A DNA stretch of 17,707 bases from Nitrospirota bacterium (GCA_963845065.1 CAWJQQ010000004.1:1-17707); one strand, 5' to 3'. Positions 8,846 to 16,269 are shown, counted from the stretch's first letter. A program made the numbers and translations. The notes: generated by a model from the letters alone, not told the origin.

Positions 8846-9106
8846 ATGGCTAATGATGCTGTATCGTGGGATGATCCTATTATAAAAGAGGCTCTCAAAG
8901 TAATTGCTAATGTCTCTGGTGTTGAGGAAGATAGGCTCTTACACGACTATGTGATCGAAGCAATGTTTACTGACCCTATCGTCAAGGCGCTCAAGGCTGC
9001 ATTTGAGGGAAAGTGTACTGTCAACGTTGGGGATGCGCAATCGCGGCATTGCCTAACCATAAATGAATTCCTTTCCGGCATCAAAAAAAATAAGAGCAAT
9101 GATTAA
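8846..9106 (+). CDS. Small hypothetical protein (86 aa), weakly acyl-carrier-like but lacking the DSL serine
   Basis: GGAAGG SD. The pattern IIKEALKVIANVSGVEEDRL...IVKALKAAF...TINEF resembles ACP helix spacing. Confidence 0.5.
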   Translation: MANDAVSWDDPIIKEALKVIANVSGVEEDRLLHDYVIEAMFTDPIVKALKAAFEGKCTVNVGDAQSRHCLTINEFLSGIKKNKSND

Positions 9107-9249
9107 ATGATTTTTCTAAAGTTAGCATCGTGCTGTTTTCTATCAGGCATGATTGCCTATCCTTACTATAAATGAGGATACCCCCAAAAATGACCATCCA
9201 AAAGTAGAAGGTTCATGCTTGTAAGATACAACCTATTTCTATGCCCTTA

Positions 9250-9280
9250 TCATAATCTCGACATTCCACAGTAGTAGGTG
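9250..9280 (+). repeat. Direct repeat copy 2 (TCATAATCTCGACATTCCACAGTAGTAGGTG)
   Basis: 27/31 identical to 3699-3729. Confidence 0.8.
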
Positions 9281-9442
9281 GACGTCAGGGCTGCTTTTAT
9301 CTGAATGAACTGAAGTATTCATGATGTAAATTTAATCGTCAAATCCTTCCTGATGATGTGATAGCTCCCATTCTTTACAACTCTTCTATTTTCATCCCGT
9401 ATTTTTGAGCGAAGAAACGCCTTGTTCCTGCAACTTTGGCTC

Positions 9443-9506
9443 TTGACATCAGTTTAGCGTTGAGATATATTAATTATGTAACTGATTGGTTACATAATTA
9501 ATATAT
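9443..9506 (+). promoter_or_regulatory. Sigma70 promoter overlapped by a perfect 18-6-18 palindromic ArsR operator
   Basis: TTGACA (9443-9448)-N17-TATATT (9466-9471). ATATATTAATTATGTAAC (9465-9482)-TGATTG-GTTACATAATTAATATAT (9489-9506). Confidence 0.85.
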
Positions 9507-9855
9507 GAGACGAGACGTATTTCAAGCCATAGCTGATCCAAACAGAAGGACCATTATAGGTCTATTGGCACAGCAGCAGCTTACGCTTAATAGGATAGCT
9601 GATAAATTTGATATTAGCCGACCGGCTGTATCCAAACATATTAAAATTCTCACCGAGTGCGGCTTGGTAAATGTTCGCCAGGAAGGTCGCGAACGGTTCT
9701 GTGAAGTGCGTATCGATAAATTAGGCGAAGTATCCGAGTGGATAGAGCAATACCGAAAACTGTAGGCCGTAAAATTCGATGCCCTCGAAACCTATCTGGA
9801 TAAATTGCAGGAAAAGGAGAATAAACATGGACGTAGGAAAAGACATTCTCGTTAA
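9505..9855 (+). pseudogene. ArsR/SmtB-family transcriptional regulator with an internal TAG at 9763-9765
   Basis: DVFQAIADPNRRTII...FDISRPAVSKHIKILTECGLV..RQEGRERFC. The frame continues past TAG as AVKFDALETYLDKLQEKENKHGRRKRHSR-TAA 9855. The TAG sits where this subfamily usually has Trp (YRKLW..FDALE.YL). Confidence 0.8.
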
Positions 9856-10300
9856 TCAGCCGTCTGAAAGAGAGATCGTATTCACTCGTGTCCTGAAAGC
9901 GCCACGAGAGCTTGTATACAAGACGTGGGTCGATCCCAAGCACGTGGTGAACTGGTGGGGGCCGAAGGGCTTCACTAATACTATAAAGGAGATGGATGTT
10001 AGGCCGGGTGGCGTCTGGCGGATAATTATGCATGGTCCTGATGGTACCGATTATGATACAAAATGGATCTTTCTTGAAATAGAGAAGCCGAAACGCCTGC
10101 TTTATCAACATGGAGAAAGGAACAAACCAGAGTTTCTTCTGGAAGCGACTTTTAAAGAACAAGAAGGCAAGACCATCCTTTCGGTATGGAAGTTGTTCGA
10201 TTCTCAGGAGGCGTGCAACGGTTGGAAAGGAATGGGAGGACTCGACGGCATGAATTTAAGTCTCGATCGACATACGGAACAAGTGACAAAGATGGATTGA
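9827..10300 (+). CDS. SRPBCC/Aha1 (START-like) ligand-binding protein
   Basis: AAGGAG SD at 9814-9819, ATG at 9827. REIVFTRVLKAPRELVYKTWVDPKHVVNWWGPKGFT...MDVRPGGVWRIIMHGPDG. Confidence 0.88.
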   Translation: MDVGKDILVNQPSEREIVFTRVLKAPRELVYKTWVDPKHVVNWWGPKGFTNTIKEMDVRPGGVWRIIMHGPDGTDYDTKWIFLEIEKPKRLLYQHGERNKPEFLLEATFKEQEGKTILSVWKLFDSQEACNGWKGMGGLDGMNLSLDRHTEQVTKMD

Positions 10301-10325
10301 TAAGTGCAGAATCAAGGAGATTAAT

Positions 10326-10976
10326 ATAAGAAAGCTAATTTTGAAGATGTCTATTTCGGTCGATGGGTTTGTCGGTGGACCGAATGGAGAAATCGACTGG
10401 ATATTTAAAAGTCTTGACGAAGGAGTGACATCATGGCTCGTCGATACGCTCGTGCTGGCTGATGTTCACATTATGGGCAGCCGGACATATCAGGACATGG
10501 CTGCCTATTGGCCTTCTTCGACAGAACCCTTCGCAGCTCCTATGAACGAGATTCCGAAGGTCGTATTCTCACGAAAGGGGTTGGTTCAGCCACCAAACGT
10601 GAACTTGACCACCACAGCGTTCAAAGACGCATCTCGAATAAAATCTCCTGGCGATAAACAAAAAAGTAGCACGACACCCGCGATAGAGTCAAGCTGGATA
10701 GATGCAAAAGTTGCAAGCGGTGATCTCGCAGAGGAAGTCCTCCATTTGAAGCAACAACCCGGAAAAGCTATCCTGGCACATGGAGGCGCCGGATTCGCCC
10801 GAAGTCTTGTTGAGTCTGGACTTATTGATGAATACCGGTTGCTGATTCATCCAGTTGTATTGGGACGCGGTTTGCCCTTGTATTCTGGTTTGACGAATGC
10901 AAGGGACTTAAAGCTCTTGAGCACAACGGTTTTCGTCACAGGTGCGATAGCGCATGTATATCGACCACTCATCTAA
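10326..10976 (+). CDS. Dihydrofolate reductase-like (RibD C-terminal) protein with an apparent ATA start
   Basis: AAGGAG (10314-10319), then ATA 10326: (M)RKLILKMSISVDGFV, MGSRTYQ, MNEIPKVVFS, LKQQPGKAILAHGGAGFARSL...LIDEYRLLIHPVVLGRGLPL. Confidence 0.85.
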   Translation: MRKLILKMSISVDGFVGGPNGEIDWIFKSLDEGVTSWLVDTLVLADVHIMGSRTYQDMAAYWPSSTEPFAAPMNEIPKVVFSRKGLVQPPNVNLTTTAFKDASRIKSPGDKQKSSTTPAIESSWIDAKVASGDLAEEVLHLKQQPGKAILAHGGAGFARSLVESGLIDEYRLLIHPVVLGRGLPLYSGLTNARDLKLLSTTVFVTGAIAHVYRPLI

Positions 10977-11500
10977 TCATGCTGATTAATTACGGCGCTA
11001 GTATGGCGAACAAATCCACTTGAATGGTGAGACAGAACGCCCAAATAAAACTCTACGGCGGGAAAATGTGCTATCGTGGGCACGGGTATTGAAACCCTCG
11101 CGTCTTGTGTAATTGTCAACCAGAATTCTGCATAGATCTTTTGTCAACTCCTGTGCAAGATTGTTATATATGGATAGAGCATGAGGTAGGTGTAGCTCAC
11201 AGAAATACTGATTTTATTGAAGTGAAGAATATCAGCTATAACTTGCAGTGTGATGTCCTAGCTGAATTGACGAATTCTATTCGTGCGTTACGGTAATAAT
11301 TTACAGATTAAAGTATGTACCACCAGACGAAAATTTAATTCTAGGAAATCATTGGGTGGAAGGTAACCCCGGAATCATTGATAGAAATGAATCGAAAATG
11401 CAGGAAAGATTTCATCGGAATACTTGGTAGGTAACTTTTGGGAAACAAACAACAATCAATTCGTATAATAATAGTAAAATTAAAAGTTAGCATATTTTTT

Positions 11501-11571
11501 GTTATAATCCGTGTTATAATTTGGTAAATTTCGGAAAAAAGATGTGAATGAAGAAGATGTAAGCCATTGAT
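11501..11571. other. Putative att arm (arm-type repeats plus IHF-like site) of an older tandem island
   Basis: GTTATAA at 11501 and 11513 (12-nt spacing). The minus strand reads AATCAATGGCTTA (WATCAANNNNTTR) next to the tRNA 3' copy. The geometry matches 17588-17661. Confidence 0.5.
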
Positions 11572-11575
11572 TTTA

Positions 11576-11634
11576 TGGTGCCGCTGACCGGAATTGAACC
11601 GGTACGACAGTTGCCCGTCGAGAGATTTTAAGTC
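11576..11634 (-). repeat. att site: duplicated 3' 59 nt of tRNA-Leu(TAA), from the anticodon arm to CCA
   Basis: Minus strand GACTTAAAATCTCTCGACGGGCAACTGTCGTACCGGTTCAATTCCGGTCAGCGGCACCA. 45/46 identical to 17662-17707 (T11595 vs C17681). There is no tRNA 5' half beyond 11634. Confidence 0.93.
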
Positions 11635-11764
11635 GTAACACTGCCAAAAAGAACACTTCTGGCAAATAACTGAAAATGCTTAGATCGTGCTGATACCGCA
11701 TGATATTATCACTTTCAGTATCTTGGATGATGAGGGGGCAAGTTGGTGGGTTTTCTGTTGTGAC

Positions 11765-11783
11765 GGTTACAAAAAGGTTACAA
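11765..11783 (+). repeat. Integrase arm-type binding repeats, left arm
   Basis: GGTTACAA at 11765 and 11776. The same motif occurs at 17577-17606. Confidence 0.7.
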
Positions 11784-11793
11784 TTCAATCAAG

Positions 11794-11819
11794 GCCCCTG
11801 GGAAACCAGGGGCTTTTTT
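11794..11819 (+). terminator. Rho-independent terminator
   Basis: GCCCCTGG-GAAA-CCAGGGGC followed by TTTTTT. Confidence 0.85.
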
Positions 11820-11830
11820 AGCAAGAGTCC

Positions 11831-11859
11831 TTGACGAGTTTTGAAGGAAAGCATAAACT
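11831..11859 (+). promoter_or_regulatory. Sigma70-type promoter for the cargo lipoprotein
   Basis: TTGACG-N17-TAAACT directly after the terminator. Confidence 0.55.
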
Positions 11860-11917
11860 GCTTTGATAGGAAAACAAAAGCGACGGAAGAAGGTAATAAA
11901 ATAGAATGAGGTTAAAA

Positions 11918-12706
11918 ATGAAAAGGATTCTATTGATTATCAGTTTATTTTTTATAACTGCATGTGCAACATTACCTAAACCTGAGACAAACTATATAAC
12001 GAATTGTCCTGCTGGGATGACTCTTAAAGCAATAAACAATGAACTTATAATAGATCGTCTTAATTCAGATTTTCCGGCGGCGAACGCGGGCCTAAAAAAA
12101 AGAGATATTATTTTAACTGTAGATGGTCACACTTATACACGTGCGGAATTAGGTGATTATATGATGTCGAAAATGTCGGGAGCACGCGTAGTATTTAAAA
12201 TACGAAGGGAAGATAAAATTTTATCGTTTGATGTTAATCTTTCCAAGTGTGGAAAAACGTCACCAATAGATTTAAAAATAAATGACCTTTTAAGGAAAAA
12301 TAAACGTATTTGTTTGATCATAATTGTAGATTCGATAACATCTTCCGGCATCGGAGAGATTGGTTTCGATGAGGTAGCATTCAGAAACGAATTTCTTAAT
12401 GAATCTTATAATCATTATCTTTCTTATTTATCAGAAACAGATAATTTTTCAATCGTAGATCGTAATATGACTGATCAGATTTTAAGAGAATTTGCATTCG
12501 ACCTGACAGGTTTAGTTTCTGATAAATTACGTGCAAAAATCGGAGAGGTGTCAGGAGCTACCTATATTTTAAATATTAATGTAGCTTATTGGAAAGGTTT
12601 TATAGATTCATTGGTAACTATACAACGAACAACGAACCGTAGTTTAATTGAAATAGAATCAGGAAATATATTAGCAGTAGATTATGTTCGTGACTGGTAT
12701 AGATAG
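11918..12706 (+). CDS. Lipoprotein with a PDZ domain and a C-terminal CsgG/HfaB/LpoB-like domain (AT-rich cargo)
   Basis: GAGG SD before ATG 11918 and lipobox ITA-C16. PDZ: GMTL...IIDRLNSDFPAANAGLKKRDIILTVDG...VVFKIRRE. CsgG-like: FSIVDRNMTDQILREFAFDLTGLV...KIGEVSGATYIL...LIEIESGNIL. Confidence 0.75.
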   Translation: MKRILLIISLFFITACATLPKPETNYITNCPAGMTLKAINNELIIDRLNSDFPAANAGLKKRDIILTVDGHTYTRAELGDYMMSKMSGARVVFKIRREDKILSFDVNLSKCGKTSPIDLKINDLLRKNKRICLIIIVDSITSSGIGEIGFDEVAFRNEFLNESYNHYLSYLSETDNFSIVDRNMTDQILREFAFDLTGLVSDKLRAKIGEVSGATYILNINVAYWKGFIDSLVTIQRTTNRSLIEIESGNILAVDYVRDWYR

Positions 12707-12892
12707 TAGGTAACTCCCCGAATCGAAAATTGAATGGATATCACGTAGAAGGGGTCTTGCTTATTATCCCACTGGAGGTGGAGAAATGAAGATGGTGATG
12801 TTTGAATCTGTATTCACTGCATTTCCGTGTAAGTAAAATGGCTAAGCCTGGGAAAGCGGATAATTTAAAATTGACATTGCATAGCGTAGTCT

Positions 12893-12945
12893 TCAGGGGA
12901 TAGGTTAGCTCCCGAAAAGCCGGAACTTCACCGGCCTACCCCTGA
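12893..12945 (+). ncRNA. Candidate structured RNA, c4-antisense-like
   Basis: TCAGGGG/CCCCTGA and TAGG/CCTA outer stem. It encloses a CCGG-AACTTCA-CCGG hairpin and a weak GCT-CCCGAAA-AGC hairpin. GC-rich structure in an intergenic region of a phage-like element. Confidence 0.45.
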
Positions 12946-12983
12946 GTAGATTTTGAAGAAACCACAAGAAGGGTGGTAATGGA

Positions 12984-13586
12984 ATGAAACTGAACGCGCG
13001 TGATAGACTGCTAGCAATATCGAACAACCCGGATTATATCACGGACTTTGAGAACATTAAAACACAATTTGAACATAAAGAAAAAAAGCGGAACATTGCA
13101 AAAATAAATACGTTGACAGAAAAATTGTGCGCAAAATGGCAGATTATAAACCCCGTTATACCTTCACTTATTGACCCGAATGACATTACGGTCAAAGCCT
13201 GCCTCTTATTAAGACCTATCCTTAAATTTGACGAAATGCGCGTCCTTAGTGACTTTTTAGAACCAAGAAAGGATATGACCATGAAGTTAGTTATAGATAT
13301 TACATCAAGTGAGACTGAACTTGTGCGCGAGTTTCGGAAACAACTTAAAGGAAAGCTTGCTAAGAGTAAAGCACCGAGAAAGACATTGTATGACCCATGG
13401 GAGATTCTAAACTTGTGCAGGAAATACGACAATAAAATATCGAAAGTGGCAAAAATAATGTTAGCAAAGGAGAAGGCTGTCACTAAAACCGCCACAGAAA
13501 ACAACGCTTATAAAAAAGTACAGAGCGCATACAAAAGAGCACAAGCCATGATAGAAGCCGTGACACCAGCAACCACTTTTCCTTGA
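12984..13586 (+). CDS. Hypothetical basic protein, probable DNA-binding regulator (DUF6387-like pattern)
   Basis: 200 aa, Lys-rich. LVIDITSSETELVREFRKQL is followed by an HTH-like C-terminus (ISKVAKIM...YKKVQSAYKRAQAMI). The family call is tentative. Confidence 0.55.
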   Translation: MKLNARDRLLAISNNPDYITDFENIKTQFEHKEKKRNIAKINTLTEKLCAKWQIINPVIPSLIDPNDITVKACLLLRPILKFDEMRVLSDFLEPRKDMTMKLVIDITSSETELVREFRKQLKGKLAKSKAPRKTLYDPWEILNLCRKYDNKISKVAKIMLAKEKAVTKTATENNAYKKVQSAYKRAQAMIEAVTPATTFP

Positions 13587-13674
13587 TTTCCCCTTTATAA
13601 GGTATTCGTTATATGGGAATAGATTTTCTTTTTCCGTCGAGCTATCCTTCGTTACAAGAAACTAACGGGAGGGT

Positions 13675-13920
13675 ATGAAAATGGAAAAAGACTTTGTAAC
13701 AAGCGACCTCTGGCTATCTTCTTATCTTGCTTATCGCGGCATTCTCCCTACACTCGTAAATAAGAACAGTCGAATAGTTTTTCTCTTCCCTCAGTCTGAC
13801 ACCTTATACAAACTACTTAATGCGTTCAACTCCGGCGACCCTGTCCCGCTTTCTGATTACATCGACATTTATAAGGCGCTAAAGGTGAAAATGTTCAATG
13901 CAAGAGGTGGGGCGCGATGA
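13675..13920 (+). CDS. DUF5659-like small protein
   Basis: FVTSDLWLSSYLAYRG...RIVFLF...LLNAF...YKALKVKMF. GGGAGG SD (start may be ATG 13681). ATGA overlap with the next gene. Confidence 0.7.
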   Translation: MKMEKDFVTSDLWLSSYLAYRGILPTLVNKNSRIVFLFPQSDTLYKLLNAFNSGDPVPLSDYIDIYKALKVKMFNARGGAR

Positions 13921-15299
13921 GTACACTCAACCCTGACTTTTCAATGGCAAACCGCTTTATTAACCTCTTAACCGGCAGTGAGGTTGATCCTGTCACGTTT
14001 CAGTTTTTCTCTGACAAGGATAAAAGAAATCGCAGCCTCGCTATCCACCGAACTATGAAGCGCCCTCTCACCTATGATTATCACCGTAAGAAGCAAGATG
14101 CAGGATGCGGCGTTTATGTCATGGTGAACAGGGGCGACGGCAAGGGCCGCGCAAAAAAGAACGTAGTGGAGATCCTTGCACTATTCATTGACCTGGACGG
14201 CGCACCGTGGGAACCGGCAGCGAAGATGCTGAAACCGCATATCATTGTTGAATCGTCGCCGGGACGGTATCACCTTTACTGGCTGGTATCCGATTGTGAC
14301 CTTGAACAGTTTAAGCCCATTCAACAGGCACTTGCGGCGAAGTTTGGCGGCGACAAGGCATGCTGCGACCTTCCCCGCGTCTTACGAGTCCCCGGATTCT
14401 TGCACCTGAAGGGCAAACCATTTTTGACCTGCCTGATAGAGGCGAACGACTTCCCGCGATATACAACGAAACAGGTCATTGACGGCCTGGGTCTGGAACT
14501 GAATGACCAGGCAACAGCTACACAGCCGCCACGAACACAACAGGCGGCTATAGGTGCACCTGTGAGCAAAGCGTATGAATACGTGGACAAGAGCGGCGAA
14601 GTCCACGATCTGACCACCTGGGCGGCAAGGAACCCACTATTTGACCTAGTTGGCAACTTCAACAAGCAGTATGTACGCGGCGAGATAAAAGACGGGAAAC
14701 AGCATGTAATTTGCCCCTTCGAGCATGCGCATACTAGTCCGGACATAGACCTGTCAACGTTCGTTGTCAACGCCTGCCCGCCACAATACCCGGCCTTTGA
14801 CATTCACTGTATGCACTCTCACTGTGCAGGACGGGACCGGCTGGACTTCCTCGCGGTGATGTTTGACAAGGGCATGCTCTCGCCGGACATTCTACAAACC
14901 CCGGTCTTGCAGATGCGGCGACCGTCAAAGATTTATTTCCCCGTTAACGAAATTTCGACGGCGCTTGAGTGGAAGACGCTGAATGCGAATGAATACCGGG
15001 TTGCTTTGCACCTTATGGCACTCGCCTGGGCGATGGACGGCAGCCTTCCCGATGATGATTGGTTGCTAGCGCGTGGGTTAGGAATGCCTGAAACTGACTG
15101 GCGGTCATACCGGGATACATTGATTAAAACAAGCTGGCTAATCGTACAGGATGGACGGTTGACCAATAGCATTGTAATGCGTGAGTTTTTGAACGCGCAA
15201 AAGGCGTTAATGGACGCTATCGAACGAGGTCATAAAGGTGGGAAGAAGAGAGCATCTCAAGACGGCCTCAAGAGCGAGTCAAGAGCGTCCAGAGATTAA
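13917..15299 (+). CDS. RepB'-type (AEP) DNA primase fused to a Zn-binding module and a DUF1376/YdaU-like initiator domain
   Basis: ALFIDLDG, IIVESSPGRYHLYW and GGDKACCDLPRVLRVPGFLH (RepB primase). CPFEHAH...HCMHSHC (Zn). EYRVALHLMALAWAMDGSLPDDDWLLARGLG...DGRLTN...GHKGG (DUF1376-like). No Walker A motif. Confidence 0.8.
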   Translation: MSTLNPDFSMANRFINLLTGSEVDPVTFQFFSDKDKRNRSLAIHRTMKRPLTYDYHRKKQDAGCGVYVMVNRGDGKGRAKKNVVEILALFIDLDGAPWEPAAKMLKPHIIVESSPGRYHLYWLVSDCDLEQFKPIQQALAAKFGGDKACCDLPRVLRVPGFLHLKGKPFLTCLIEANDFPRYTTKQVIDGLGLELNDQATATQPPRTQQAAIGAPVSKAYEYVDKSGEVHDLTTWAARNPLFDLVGNFNKQYVRGEIKDGKQHVICPFEHAHTSPDIDLSTFVVNACPPQYPAFDIHCMHSHCAGRDRLDFLAVMFDKGMLSPDILQTPVLQMRRPSKIYFPVNEISTALEWKTLNANEYRVALHLMALAWAMDGSLPDDDWLLARGLGMPETDWRSYRDTLIKTSWLIVQDGRLTNSIVMREFLNAQKALMDAIERGHKGGKKRASQDGLKSESRASRD

Positions 15300-15390
15300 G
15301 TCAAGCGATGTTGATGTTGACTTGATTCTGATTTTTGACTTTGATTCTGACGTAATGCCTCCGTAGTGAGAGAGAGGGGGGAGGGAGAGA
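15246..15390. repeat. Putative replication origin: 11-bp-period iterons, a TGA(T/C)-rich tract and a purine run
   Basis: TCAAG at 15257, 15268, 15279 and 15301, with a degenerate slot at 15290. Then GATGTTGATGTTGACTTGATTCTGATTTTTGACTTTGATTCTGAC and GAGAGAGAGGGGGAGGGAGAGA. Confidence 0.6.
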
Positions 15391-15397
15391 TGGACGC

Positions 15398-15781
15398 ATG
15401 AAGAAAGAGGCAGACAATAACCGTCAGAATCCGACAGATAGGCGATTCAGGGTTATTCCGGTTATCCTGGCGGCGAAGAACATCTCTGAAGGCGTGAAGG
15501 CGGCCAAGATCAGCCGGGACACGTTTTACGAGTATCTTAAAGACCCGGCGTTCAAGGCAGAGTTTGTCAAACAGCGGAGAGAAATCGTTGACCTTGCCCT
15601 TCATGAACTCAAAGCTGCAGCGGGTGAGGCGGTGGCGGTCCTGAGAAAGTTATTAACGGCAAGACACGAAGTGATAAGACTCCGCACCGCTCTTGGAATA
15701 CTTGAACACATTTCAAAATTTATTCAGCATGAAGAACTTGAGCAGCGGATAACAGAGCTAGAAAGGAAGAAAAAGCAATGA
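15398..15781 (+). CDS. HTH protein, phBC6A51/terminase-small-subunit-like
   Basis: ILAAKNISEGVKAAKISRDTFYEYLKDPAFKAEF (HTH), then AVAVLRKLL...IRLRTALGILE...ELEQRITELE (oligomerisation helices). Confidence 0.6.
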   Translation: MKKEADNNRQNPTDRRFRVIPVILAAKNISEGVKAAKISRDTFYEYLKDPAFKAEFVKQRREIVDLALHELKAAAGEAVAVLRKLLTARHEVIRLRTALGILEHISKFIQHEELEQRITELERKKKQ

Positions 15782-16062
15782 GGCTAAAAAATCGTATTGA
15801 ACGGCTTGAAAACGAATATCGGACAGATCGTGAGGATGTATTAATTGGTGTCATAGACTATAGCAACGCTCTAAGCGCTGAACTTTCTGCCTCTGAGAAG
15901 CAAGCAATAAAGCAACAAATAGAGAAGGAAATAGCAGCGCAACGGGCAGAGGGAAAGAAGGGTATCACATTTCATTTACCATACCTCTACGCGTTGGAGT
16001 TAGAAAAAAGCGGAGAACTTGTCAGCACCAGTACAGGGCCGGTCCCGAATAAAAAATATTAA
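15778..16062 (+). CDS. Hypothetical protein, translationally coupled to the TerS-like gene
   Basis: 94 aa. ATGA overlap and GAAAGGAAG SD. N-terminal LKNRIERLE coiled-coil motif. Confidence 0.65.
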   Translation: MRLKNRIERLENEYRTDREDVLIGVIDYSNALSAELSASEKQAIKQQIEKEIAAQRAEGKKGITFHLPYLYALELEKSGELVSTSTGPVPNKKY

Positions 16063-16068
16063 AGAAGC

Positions 16069-16269
16069 ATGACAGACCCGTTAAAATTGACAAAACGACT
16101 CTTGAGCGAAAAAGAAACAGCCGTCTACCTGGGCCGGTCCGTTTGGTCCATTCGTGAGATGAGGTACGCCGGGAAGTTGCCCTTTGTCAAAGACGGTAAG
16201 AGAGTGCTATTCGACATACTTGACTTAAATTCATGGATAGACAAAAGCAAAACACAATTTACTTACTGA
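16069..16269 (+). CDS. Excisionase/recombination directionality factor-like (HTH_17) protein
   Basis: RLLSEKETAVYLGRSVWSIREMRYAGKLPFVKDGKRVLFDILDLNSWI, located near the integrase. Confidence 0.85.
   Translation: MTDPLKLTKRLLSEKETAVYLGRSVWSIREMRYAGKLPFVKDGKRVLFDILDLNSWIDKSKTQFTY

Noticed and set aside
9779..9826. ORF-track start of the SRPBCC gene at 9779
   Set aside because: ATG 9827 has the SD, and the upstream part belongs to the ArsR tail frame.
11105..11296. 63-aa ORF
   Set aside because: TTG start, no SD and no recognisable motif. Probably decayed intergenic DNA.
11576..11634. A second functional tRNA gene
   Set aside because: Lacks the 5' acceptor strand and D arm. It is the att duplication.
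13620..13657. Weak promoter TAGATT-N17-TATCCT and a lone GTTACAA arm-like motif
   Set aside because: Plausible, but the -35 is poor and a single 7-mer is compatible with chance.
15246..15360. CRISPR-like array
   Set aside because: Repeats are only 5-8 nt with 11- or 6-nt periods, and there are no spacers or cas genes.
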